Shown here piece after piece: positions 22,024 to 30,187 of a stretch of DNA of 64,000 nucleotides. Each line of letters starts with the position of its first letter. Position 1 is the stretch's first letter. The stretch comes from Thermodesulfobacteriota bacterium (GTDB taxonomy: Bacteria; Desulfobacterota; Desulfobulbia; Desulfobulbales; SURF-16): assembly GCA_040755455.1 (NCBI GenBank), contig JBFMAY010000012.1, positions 24,274 to 88,273 of the forward strand. Direction: 5' to 3'. The notes below the pieces were generated by a model that saw only the letters and a program-made list of their open reading frames with translations, was not told the origin of the DNA and made no database searches. A program made the position numbers and the translations under genes.

Positions 22024-22372
22024 GACTGTGAAAATTTTCCCGAACCACGCAGAAGCGGGTCAAGCGGGATTTACGCTGCTTGAGGTGCTGGTTGCCGTGC
22101 TGATCCTTGGCCTGGCCTATGTGGCCGTGCTGGAGAATTTCTCTATTTCTCTGAAAAATATAAATAAAATCAGCAAAACGCGCCAGGCTGTCTTTGAGGA
22201 ACTGCTCACATTCAGCGAAGAGAGCAAGTTCACCGGCGGCAATCTGCTGGCAGATGAAGAACAAAAGGGGGAGGAGGGAACTCTTTTTATCGAGGGTGAA
22301 AAATACCGGCTGGTGGTTGTGGAAAGCAATAGCGGGGAGCTGGCAACCTTGAAACTGCAAACCATTTTATAG
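22013..22372 (+). CDS. gspI: Minor pseudopilin, GspI-like
   Basis: QAG|FTLLEVLVAVLILG; short (about 119 aa); start ATG 22013. Confidence 0.72.
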   Translation: MRFRTVKIFPNHAEAGQAGFTLLEVLVAVLILGLAYVAVLENFSISLKNINKISKTRQAVFEELLTFSEESKFTGGNLLADEEQKGEEGTLFIEGEKYRLVVVESNSGELATLKLQTIL

Positions 22373-22374
22373 GG

Positions 22375-23382
22375 ATGCGGTGCAGGCAGGCAACACCTAT
22401 GATCCACGAGACAAAAGAGCGCAATAGCTCCGGGCAGCAGGGCTTTGCTCTGGTGGTGGTTATTGTCATCATGCTTCTCATCTCGTTTCTCGCCGGCCAG
22501 CTCATCCTGAACGTGCGGACGGAGTTGCGGGTTGCCTTGAATGCCAAAACCCATGCCGCCGGACTCTGTCTGGCCGAGGGCGGCGTGAACCTGGGCCTGT
22601 TCAGACTGCTTGACAAGCCGGTTGAATATATTAATGAGGATTATGAAAAGTTTTTAGAGGGATACGAATATAACGCCTTCCTGGAAACTGGCCATTTAAA
22701 CTATTATGTGGTTAACGAATCTGGTAAACTCGATCTGAACAAATTGAACAAACCTTTACTCGAACTTTTTCTGGAATATATGAAGATTGAACCCGATGAA
22801 CGGGAAGTAATCATGGATTCGCTGCTGGACTGGCAGGACAGTGATGACCTGCACCGTATCAACGGGGCGGAGCAGGAAACTTACCAGGCCCTTGATGATC
22901 CCTATATTCCAAGAAACGGCAGAATCATGGATCCCGCCGAATTCTTTCTCGTACACGGCACCGCCCCGCTTGCCGGGCTCTTCAAGGCCAATGAAATTTT
23001 CACCGTGCACAACGATAGCGGATCAATAAATTTCAACAGCCTGACCCCCATGATGCTTGATTTTCTGACAGAAGGGGACGAGGAAAAGAAAAAGGCATAC
23101 CATGAGGCCCAGGAAATGTATGGCAACCTAACCGATGAACAGGCCCGCCAGATTTTAGGGGATGAACGGTTCGACCAGTGTTCGGCGGGACTGACCTACA
23201 CCTCCGGCAACAACAAATATTACTCCATTGTTGCCCGGGGTGAGGCAGGCGTCGATGCTGAAGCCCTGGCTGCCAGAGAAAACGAAAACACTCAAAAAAC
23301 AGCGGCAATCGAGGTTAGAGTCTTGTTTGAACTGCGGGGCGGCAATATAAACTATTTTGCCTGGGAAGAAGGCTGGTCATGA
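22375..23382 (+). CDS. gspK: Minor pseudopilin GspK
   Basis: QQG|FALVVVIVIM without Glu+5 (typical of GspK), plus ESGKLDLN, DWQDSDD..R.NGAE and INFNS. The start may be 22399. Confidence 0.88.
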   Translation: MRCRQATPMIHETKERNSSGQQGFALVVVIVIMLLISFLAGQLILNVRTELRVALNAKTHAAGLCLAEGGVNLGLFRLLDKPVEYINEDYEKFLEGYEYNAFLETGHLNYYVVNESGKLDLNKLNKPLLELFLEYMKIEPDEREVIMDSLLDWQDSDDLHRINGAEQETYQALDDPYIPRNGRIMDPAEFFLVHGTAPLAGLFKANEIFTVHNDSGSINFNSLTPMMLDFLTEGDEEKKKAYHEAQEMYGNLTDEQARQILGDERFDQCSAGLTYTSGNNKYYSIVARGEAGVDAEALAARENENTQKTAAIEVRVLFELRGGNINYFAWEEGWS

Positions 23383-24521
23383 AAGAGGGTATTGAAGTAC
23401 TCATCCGCCAAGACGGCTTGCATATCAGTGCACCCTTTAAACAGGAGGTTGAGTTCATTGCCCAGCCCGTGAGCGAATTAGGCAGCCGCCTGGTGCGCTA
23501 CTGCGCGCCAAAGAGCCCGGCAGGCCTGAATGTCCTGTTTTATATCGCCGAAGATCTTCTTTTTTTCAAAAAATTCGCCCTGCCCCTGAAAACCGCTGAC
23601 CTTAAAGAGGCCATAAGCTATCAACTCGCCATGTTTGCCCCCTTTGACGGGAAGATGCTGCACAGCTTTACGGCCGTGCGCGACAAACAGGGATACAACG
23701 TCTGCCTGTATGCTGCTTCGGAAGAAGCCATTGTCCCCCTGCTGGATGAGGTGACGGCCCAGGGATTTCAGCTGGCCGGTCTTTTCCCGGAAAGTCAGCG
23801 CTACGTTACCCGGGCCTGCAAAAAAAAGGAATGGGCACTGCTGTTGCCGGGCCGCTTCCCCAAACTGGCCATCTTTGCGGATAAAAAGATCAAAGACCGC
23901 CTCCTCTGCCACAATGAACCCTCTTTTGAGGAGTTGACCGCCTTAAACCCCGGTGAGGTTATTTACAAACCAGCGGCGCAGGAGGGGAGCGGATTTGCGG
24001 ATGCAGGTCGGCTCCTGGCTGAAAAGGCCCTGCATAAGGAGTTGAATCTGCTGCCGCCCTCGTACCGCCGGCCGGACTATCTCCGCTATGTTCTCATCGG
24101 CCTTTGTTTGCTTAATCTCTTGGCCCTTGTTGCCGCAGGGACGATAAAAGAATATAACATTATAACCTTATTGAATAAAGTCGAGACAGAGATACAAACA
24201 CTGCGGCCTGACGTCAAAGAGGTGGAGCAACTTCGCAACGAGGAGAAACAGCTGGTCGATACCGTTGGTCGGATTGAGGGCATCGGCGAAAACTTTGACA
24301 TCATCCGTTTTCTGGAAAAGGCGACCAAGGCCTTGCCGGAAAACAGTTATCTCGATCAGATGCGCATGGATGAAAAGACAGGTGCGATCCAGCTGCAGGG
24401 ATATACCGAAGACATCGGTGCGCTGACCGCCAAACTCGATGCCCTTGGCAACGCCAAACTCAAATCAACCAGCCGCCGTAAAAATCAAACTTACTTCAAC
24501 GTGGAGATCAGCGGCCAATGA
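23379..24521 (+). CDS. gspL: GspL/PilN-like assembly protein
   Basis: Cytoplasmic domain, LNLLP motif, TM segment, coiled coil and PilN-like C-terminus; sits after gspK. Confidence 0.75.
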   Translation: MKEGIEVLIRQDGLHISAPFKQEVEFIAQPVSELGSRLVRYCAPKSPAGLNVLFYIAEDLLFFKKFALPLKTADLKEAISYQLAMFAPFDGKMLHSFTAVRDKQGYNVCLYAASEEAIVPLLDEVTAQGFQLAGLFPESQRYVTRACKKKEWALLLPGRFPKLAIFADKKIKDRLLCHNEPSFEELTALNPGEVIYKPAAQEGSGFADAGRLLAEKALHKELNLLPPSYRRPDYLRYVLIGLCLLNLLALVAAGTIKEYNIITLLNKVETEIQTLRPDVKEVEQLRNEEKQLVDTVGRIEGIGENFDIIRFLEKATKALPENSYLDQMRMDEKTGAIQLQGYTEDIGALTAKLDALGNAKLKSTSRRKNQTYFNVEISGQ

Positions 24522-25081
24522 ATCAGCTCATCATGTTTCTCAAAGGTCTTGACCGCAAGATCCTCATTCTGGCCCTGGGCGGAATGCTGCTGCTGCTGAA
24601 CGTCGGCCGGCTGAGCTTGCAGGCATACAGTAACCAGCTGGCCGAGGCCCAGGAAAAACAGAACCTGCTGGCCCAGTATCAGGAAACCGCCAGCCAGCTT
24701 CCTGCCCTGAAAAAAAGAGTGGCCCGCCTCAAGCAGAAGGCCGATAAGCTGGAAAAATATCTTTTCAGCGGAACCTCCGAGGAGGAGGTCTCCTCGGCAA
24801 TGCAGATCATGTTGCAGGAGCAGGTGACAAAGGCCGGTTTAGAGCCGGAATCGATAAGACCCATGGTCAGTGGAACCAAAACCACCCCCCGCGACTACCA
24901 TGAAATTTCCATCAAGATCCGGCTGTCCGGGACCCAGAGTCAGTTTGTGGATTTTATCGCCCTGCTTTACCGCTCCGATAAACTCTTTCAGGTGGAGAGT
25001 TTTACCTTGAAGCCGTATAAAAAAGCCGAGATGAAAATTTTTATTGATCTCAAAGGGTTTTACACGTTAAAAAATGCTTAA
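24518..25081 (+). CDS. gspM: GspM/PilO-like assembly protein
   Basis: N-terminal TM segment, coiled coil and ferredoxin-like C-terminal pattern; follows gspL. Confidence 0.72.
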   Translation: MNQLIMFLKGLDRKILILALGGMLLLLNVGRLSLQAYSNQLAEAQEKQNLLAQYQETASQLPALKKRVARLKQKADKLEKYLFSGTSEEEVSSAMQIMLQEQVTKAGLEPESIRPMVSGTKTTPRDYHEISIKIRLSGTQSQFVDFIALLYRSDKLFQVESFTLKPYKKAEMKIFIDLKGFYTLKNA

Positions 25082-25847
25082 ACTCATCGCCGCCATAGTG
25101 CTCAGCCTGTCGCTCATCTTTCTGGTAAAAGAGTCAATAGTTGTTTTGCGCGCGGGCAACACCCCTGCTCCACCGGCAAGCGAAGGCAAACTGAACAAGC
25201 CGCAGACCCCCTCTGCGGCGGAAAAAAATATGATCTTCTATCCGCCGGTCCCCGCTGCTCTGCCCGACCTCAACAAAGGTTACCTGTTTAATGAAGAGCG
25301 GACGATCGAGGGTGCAGCTGGTGAAAATGGGGAAGACACGGCCGAAGACTCAACAGGACCCTCGGTCGACATGGATGTGGTCGTTTATGCAGGATCAATT
25401 ATTTTTGGCGATATGCGCAAAGGCCTTGTCATGTTTCCCCTGGCCAAGCCGGCGGTCCCGACTGTAAAACTTGGCGCAAGGCAACAGGCACCGGCACCGG
25501 CCAAAGAAAGAAATTATATGCAACTCGCTGTTGGCGAAAGCCTAAGCGGGTATAAGGTTGTCGCTGTTGACCCGGATCGCATCGTTTTTCAAAAAGGGTC
25601 TGAAACCATAGAAAAAATGCTCAACGATCCGAAAAAAAACCGTATTGCCGGGCCTCCCCCTCCCCCGAAAGAAAAGGGAAAGCCGCCCACGGCCGTGACA
25701 TCAAAAACGCAACGTGTGCAACTTGATAAGGCGCAAACCAGCAGCCCCGTGCAGTCATCCCGGCCGGAAAAAAACACCACTCGCCCGGTTCCGAGCCCCA
25801 AAATCCAGGTTCCCGGGGTTCCGGCTCCACCTCCTGCAACGGAGTGA
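25074..25847 (+). CDS. GspC/PilP-like protein with Pro-rich tail
   Basis: N-terminal TM segment, HR-like VGESLSGYKVVAVDPDRIVF segment and Pro-rich C-terminus; directly before the secretin. Confidence 0.6.
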   Translation: MLKLIAAIVLSLSLIFLVKESIVVLRAGNTPAPPASEGKLNKPQTPSAAEKNMIFYPPVPAALPDLNKGYLFNEERTIEGAAGENGEDTAEDSTGPSVDMDVVVYAGSIIFGDMRKGLVMFPLAKPAVPTVKLGARQQAPAPAKERNYMQLAVGESLSGYKVVAVDPDRIVFQKGSETIEKMLNDPKKNRIAGPPPPPKEKGKPPTAVTSKTQRVQLDKAQTSSPVQSSRPEKNTTRPVPSPKIQVPGVPAPPPATE

Positions 25848-25880
25848 ATCCAAGCTGAGATAATAATTAAAAGGTCACCC

Positions 25881-28169
25881 ATGAACGGTAGCAAAAACAT
25901 CTTTTTCAACAACAAAGATTCTGTTTCAAAGCAAGCATCTCATACCGGCCGACCGCTGCTCTGCAGACTGGGGGCGCTGTCATTGCTGCTGATCCTGCTT
26001 GGCAGCGGCTGCGCGTATACCAACCGACTTGATCTCCCCCCTGTCGATCTGGCCAAGGCGAACCAGGCCATCAGCCGGGATGAGAAAAAATCCGCTATTC
26101 TCGAAGCGGAAGAGCAGCAGGACCAGCATGAACCGCGCTCCAAGATCAAGGACATGAAGCCGGCCCAGGAAGGCCCGGCCAATCAGGCGGCGCAGGTTAC
26201 TGCCCCAGGAGAAAAGAGCAAGACTCCGGCGGTTGCCGGCGCAGCTGCGACCGACGGGATTCTCCTCAATTTCGATAATGCCGATATTTTTGAGGTTATC
26301 CAGGTAATCGCCGGTACTTTAAACCTTAATTACATTATTGATCCCCAGGTAAAGGGGGTGGTCAACATCCACTCCGGCAGCAAAATTCCCCTGGATCAGC
26401 TCTATGCGGTTTTTACCAAGATCCTGCATATCAACGGGCTCGATATCCGCAGCGAAGGCGACTATCAATACATCTACGTGGCCAAGAAACTGGGCAACGA
26501 ACGGGTCAGCGGCCCGGATAAAATTGCCGGCCTGAAGGATTCATCGCAGTTGATTATCCAGGTGGTACCCCTTGCCCATCTTGCATCCGCCGAGGTGGTG
26601 AAACTCGTTGAACCTTACCTCTCGGCCCAGGGATCGGTATACGATCTTCCCCAGCAGAACACGTTACTGATCAGCGACTATGAGAGCAAAGTTCTGGATG
26701 TTCTGCGCATCATTGCCCGAATAGACATCTCGCCGCTCGCCTCCCTCCAAATCAAACTGGTCCGGGTGGATAACGCCCCGATCTATGATTTGCGGGATGA
26801 ATTGACGGAAATCTTCACTGCTCTCAAAATCAACGGCAAAGACTTTGAGGGCATAAGCGTGGTACCGCTGGAGCGCGTCAATTCACTGATGCTGGTCAGC
26901 ACCAGTGCAAACCAGGTGCAAAGCGGGGTCGACTGGATAAAGGAGCTGGATGTTATCCCCTCCCAGGACAGAGACAATATCTATATTTATAATGTGCGCA
27001 ATTCCGTGGCTTCAACGCTTGCCGAACTCATGAACCAGCTTCTTACCGAAGAATCACCGACAACCCAGAAAAGCACGGAAAAAAAGACGACATCCACCCA
27101 GACACCACAGACCGCGCAGACCACCCCGCAGACCTCGGAACAGAAAACCAGCAAGGCGACGAGCAAAAAAAGCCGTGACGCTACCGGCAAATCCTCAACC
27201 GGCAAATCACTCCCTTCCCTGCGTTTTGTCGGGGAGCCCGTTGTTTTTGCCGATGATGACCGTAACGTTGTCCTGATCAGGGCCCTGCCGGCGGATTATA
27301 CCCGCATCGTCAAACTGCTGGAACGGCTGGATAATCTACCCCGCCAGGTGCTGGTTGAGGTGCTGGTGGCGGAAATAGTACTGAAAAACGAACTGGAGCT
27401 TGGCCTCGAATGGTTTCTCACCAGTAACAGATTTTCCCTCGGCACGGAGTTTTCCGCGGTTGGAATGAGCAAGTCCGAATCGCTGCTAGGAGAGATTACT
27501 ACCTCCTATCCCAGCGGCTTCTCCTACTCCTTCACCGCAGGGGATGTGGAGGGCTTCCTGCAGGCCCTGGCCACCAGAACCAACTTCGCCATCCTCTCCT
27601 CCCCTCAGGTTCTGGTGTTGAACAATGAAAAGGCCTCGGTAAATGTGGGCAAGCAGGTGCCGATTGTCACAACCGTTACGGAAAATACCACAGCCGCCAG
27701 CCAGGTTGACAAGTCAGTTCAGTACAAGGATACCGGCGTCATCCTGGAGGTAACTCCCCAGATCAATTATAATGGCGTGATTCTGTTGGAGGTGAGCCAG
27801 ACGGTGAGCAAGGCCCAGGAAAACACCACCTCGGACATCAGCTCGCCTGAGATCTCCAAGCGCGAATTGAAAACCAAGCTGGCGGTCAAGAACGGCCAGT
27901 CCATACTCATGGGCGGCATGATCGACAAGAATACCGCGACCACCCAAAGCGGGGTACCCTTTCTCATGGATATCCCCATTCTCGGCAACCTGTTCAAGTA
28001 TCAGAAGGATCTTGAAGACAGGACGGAACTCATTGTGCTCATCACCCCCTATGTCATTGAATCAGAGGATGTGCTTGATCAGTATACCCGGGATTTTGAA
28101 GAAAAAATGAAGCAGCTGCGGCCGGAAATCCACAAGCCTGTGGCGTCCAGCCCAAGGGAAAAATGGTAA
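25881..28169 (+). CDS. gspD: Type II secretion secretin GspD
   Basis: LNFDNADI (N0), QVLVEVLVAEI, ILSSPQVLVLNNEKA, YKDTGVILEVTPQI, GVPFLMDIPILGNLF and TELIVLITPYVI. Confidence 0.95.
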   Translation: MNGSKNIFFNNKDSVSKQASHTGRPLLCRLGALSLLLILLGSGCAYTNRLDLPPVDLAKANQAISRDEKKSAILEAEEQQDQHEPRSKIKDMKPAQEGPANQAAQVTAPGEKSKTPAVAGAAATDGILLNFDNADIFEVIQVIAGTLNLNYIIDPQVKGVVNIHSGSKIPLDQLYAVFTKILHINGLDIRSEGDYQYIYVAKKLGNERVSGPDKIAGLKDSSQLIIQVVPLAHLASAEVVKLVEPYLSAQGSVYDLPQQNTLLISDYESKVLDVLRIIARIDISPLASLQIKLVRVDNAPIYDLRDELTEIFTALKINGKDFEGISVVPLERVNSLMLVSTSANQVQSGVDWIKELDVIPSQDRDNIYIYNVRNSVASTLAELMNQLLTEESPTTQKSTEKKTTSTQTPQTAQTTPQTSEQKTSKATSKKSRDATGKSSTGKSLPSLRFVGEPVVFADDDRNVVLIRALPADYTRIVKLLERLDNLPRQVLVEVLVAEIVLKNELELGLEWFLTSNRFSLGTEFSAVGMSKSESLLGEITTSYPSGFSYSFTAGDVEGFLQALATRTNFAILSSPQVLVLNNEKASVNVGKQVPIVTTVTENTTAASQVDKSVQYKDTGVILEVTPQINYNGVILLEVSQTVSKAQENTTSDISSPEISKRELKTKLAVKNGQSILMGGMIDKNTATTQSGVPFLMDIPILGNLFKYQKDLEDRTELIVLITPYVIESEDVLDQYTRDFEEKMKQLRPEIHKPVASSPREKW

Positions 28170-28182
28170 AAAGGAACGACAA

Positions 28183-28515
28183 ATGAGACAGTTTGTGATT
28201 GATGAACTCAGCAGGGAAGAACGGGACAACCTGGATAATTATCTGAAAAGAAACGCCAAATCCGGCGGCATGGAGGGGATGTTCTGGCTGCCGGTGCCGG
28301 ATGACCTGCTGGCTGAGGCGCAGCAAGGTCACCAAGATTGCGGCCCCTTTTTTTTCGGGCTGGAACTGGCGGAGAAAAAACTGATTATTGAACTGCTGGT
28401 CAGAAGCCAGAGCAATTTACACTGTTCCTGCATCAGTTACGCAACTAAGGCCCAGCGGGACTATCTGCTCAGCTTCCTGGACACCATGCTGCAGGAGGAA
28501 CGGATCAAAGCGTAA
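28183..28515 (+). CDS. Conserved hypothetical protein (110 aa)
   Basis: AGGA RBS, gene-like composition, followed by a terminator. Contains HQDCGPF and LHCSCISYAT motifs. Confidence 0.75.
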   Translation: MRQFVIDELSREERDNLDNYLKRNAKSGGMEGMFWLPVPDDLLAEAQQGHQDCGPFFFGLELAEKKLIIELLVRSQSNLHCSCISYATKAQRDYLLSFLDTMLQEERIKA

Positions 28516-28543
28516 AAGACCTTTTTTGGAGGAATAAATATCA

Positions 28544-28583
28544 CAAAAAAACCCGCCAGGTATACGCCTGGCGGGTTTTTTTG
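28544..28583. terminator. Bidirectional intrinsic terminator
   Basis: caaaaaaaCCCGCCAGG-tatacg-CCTGGCGGGtttttttg between convergent transcription units. Confidence 0.92.
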
Positions 28584-28613
28584 CTAATGGCATTATCAGC
28601 CAGCAGGCGGGGA

Positions 28614-28787
28614 TCACCACCAGCAGATTGTCTGATCAGCGCCCCAAACCATATCAACCAGCTTATTATAGTCAGGAGACTCGACATTCAGATTAAATGA
28701 TTCATTATCACGGCCTTCGGAGACAATGGCCACCAATTTCTTGACATCGTCATTAGGCTCGGAACGGTATACATGCAGGATTTTCAT
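28614..28787 (-). CDS. Small DsrH/TusB-like protein (57 aa; absent from the ORF track)
   Basis: My translation is MKILHVYRSEPNDDVKKLVAIVSEGRDNESFNLNVESPDYNKLVDMVWGADQTICWW*. GGGAG RBS 8 nt upstream; last gene of the tusA operon before the terminator; both termini resemble TusB/DsrH. Confidence 0.8.
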   Translation of the reverse strand: MKILHVYRSEPNDDVKKLVAIVSEGRDNESFNLNVESPDYNKLVDMVWGADQTICWW

Positions 28788-28829
28788 TGTGCATTCTCCC
28801 TGTAATATCTTAACTCTTAGCTGCCAAAA

Positions 28830-29150
28830 TCAGCTCTTATCACTTCTCATGATGCCATAAGGAACGATGATTTCCATGTCGCGCAACTTCTGGCCAAGCT
28901 CCTCAAGGGTCATTTTCACCAAGCCGTATTTCTCAACATTTGCATCGGGAATGGAATAAATCTCACCTTCCATATCGCGAATCCAGTCAATGTTTTCCTT
29001 GTGGTAATCAGTCATCTGGGCTTCAGCTATTTCGTTGTTCACAACAACACCATAGGCATACATATTCTCCACGGCAAGGCCGAGGGCTGATCTGACGCCA
29101 TCAAGGATGTACTCGCTGCTGGGATACATAAAGCAAACTTTCTTTGACAT
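28830..29150 (-). CDS. DsrF/TusC-like protein
   Basis: GGAGG RBS. DGVRSALGL and LEELGQKLRDMEIIVPY resemble the DsrF/TusC pattern (xGLxxA.GL; LxxxLxxxDxIxxF). Lies between the dsrE-like and dsrH-like genes. Confidence 0.65.
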   Translation of the reverse strand: MSKKVCFMYPSSEYILDGVRSALGLAVENMYAYGVVVNNEIAEAQMTDYHKENIDWIRDMEGEIYSIPDANVEKYGLVKMTLEELGQKLRDMEIIVPYGIMRSDKS

Positions 29151-29159
29151 CGGTTCCTC

Positions 29160-29480
29160 CTATAAAGTCAGATAGCATTCATAATCTTCAATGATGGCGC
29201 CATGCTGTGCCTGGGTAGCCATCTTTTCCTGGGTCAGTCCCGGGGGGATATCGCCTGCTACGTCATAGCCCATTTTCTTGTAGCTGTCAGCGCAGATGGA
29301 AACATCAACGTTCTCCATATCGCAAAGATCTTTAAAACCTGGACACTTGGTCAGATGGGTGGCCATCCAGGTAAAAAAAACCTTGACTTTGGCGCCTTTT
29401 GCCACGGCAGCCTTGGTGATGCCAATGACATGCCGCATATTCTGGGGAGATGTTACAAAAATCCCGATACTTTTTGCCAT
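29160..29480 (-). CDS. DsrE-family sulfurtransferase-like protein
   Basis: KAAVAKGAKVKVFFT and VSICADSY (conserved DsrE Cys position); GGAGG RBS. Confidence 0.82.
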   Translation of the reverse strand: MAKSIGIFVTSPQNMRHVIGITKAAVAKGAKVKVFFTWMATHLTKCPGFKDLCDMENVDVSICADSYKKMGYDVAGDIPPGLTQEKMATQAQHGAIIEDYECYLTL

Positions 29481-29567
29481 GTTATTCCTCCATTAAAAAA
29501 AAATTGAAGGGCGCCTTGGCTGGATAAGCGAAAGCGCCGTCATCAAACATTTAATGTTGCAGGTCAA

Positions 29568-29825
29568 TTATTTTTTCTTAATAAAGAAACGGAAATAGCC
29601 GGATTCTTCCTTCTCGCCGACAAAATCATGCCCGGCCCTGGTGCACCAGCCCGGCAGATCATTACGGGAACCCGGATCAGTTCCGAGAACTTCCAGTATC
29701 TCACCGGATTTGATCTTGTCTATTTCTTTTTTGGTACGCAGCAGAGGCATTGGACAGCTCAGGCCTTTGGCATCTAAAGTGCGGTCTGCTTTAACATTAT
29801 CCGGGGCTTTTTTATAGTCGCTCAT
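29568..29825 (-). CDS. tusA: Sulfur carrier TusA/SirA family
   Basis: LDAKGLSCPMPLL (CPxP) and TDPGSRNDLPGWC. Start MSDYKK at 29825 with GAGGAG RBS. Confidence 0.95.
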   Translation of the reverse strand: MSDYKKAPDNVKADRTLDAKGLSCPMPLLRTKKEIDKIKSGEILEVLGTDPGSRNDLPGWCTRAGHDFVGEKEESGYFRFFIKKK

Positions 29826-30187
29826 CGATTCCTCCTCACAACAGGTTTGACTTTTAAATTTGTACCTCAACCCACCTGGTGAAAATGATTCAGCCAGGCA
29901 ACAATGAGATGATTAAGTGAGTAATCATATATTGATACATAGTGTGAAATAACAAGAAAGAAATGTTATGTCAAGGCGAAAAATGAATCATGCCTCAGGC
30001 GTTATTATTATTATTTTTTTAAAAAAACCCACTGCTATTACTTGCTTGACAAATTTTTTCGTCGCGAGTAAAGGTTTACAAATGTTATGGCATGCAAATG
30101 ATTAATGACTTCCTTGTGAAGTATGATTCAGACGGTAATATTGGCTGCTGTCTAATGAGGAAACATTAAAAATAGGGGAGAAAAGAG

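Noticed and set aside
28614..29150. The dsrF-like gene ends in TGA and is in frame, via 14 sense codons, with the dsrH-like gene, so a selenocysteine or readthrough fusion is conceivable
   Set aside because: No SECIS-like hairpin follows the TGA, the TGA lies past the end of the DsrF-like fold, and the downstream gene has its own GGGAG RBS. The in-frame arrangement is easily chance.
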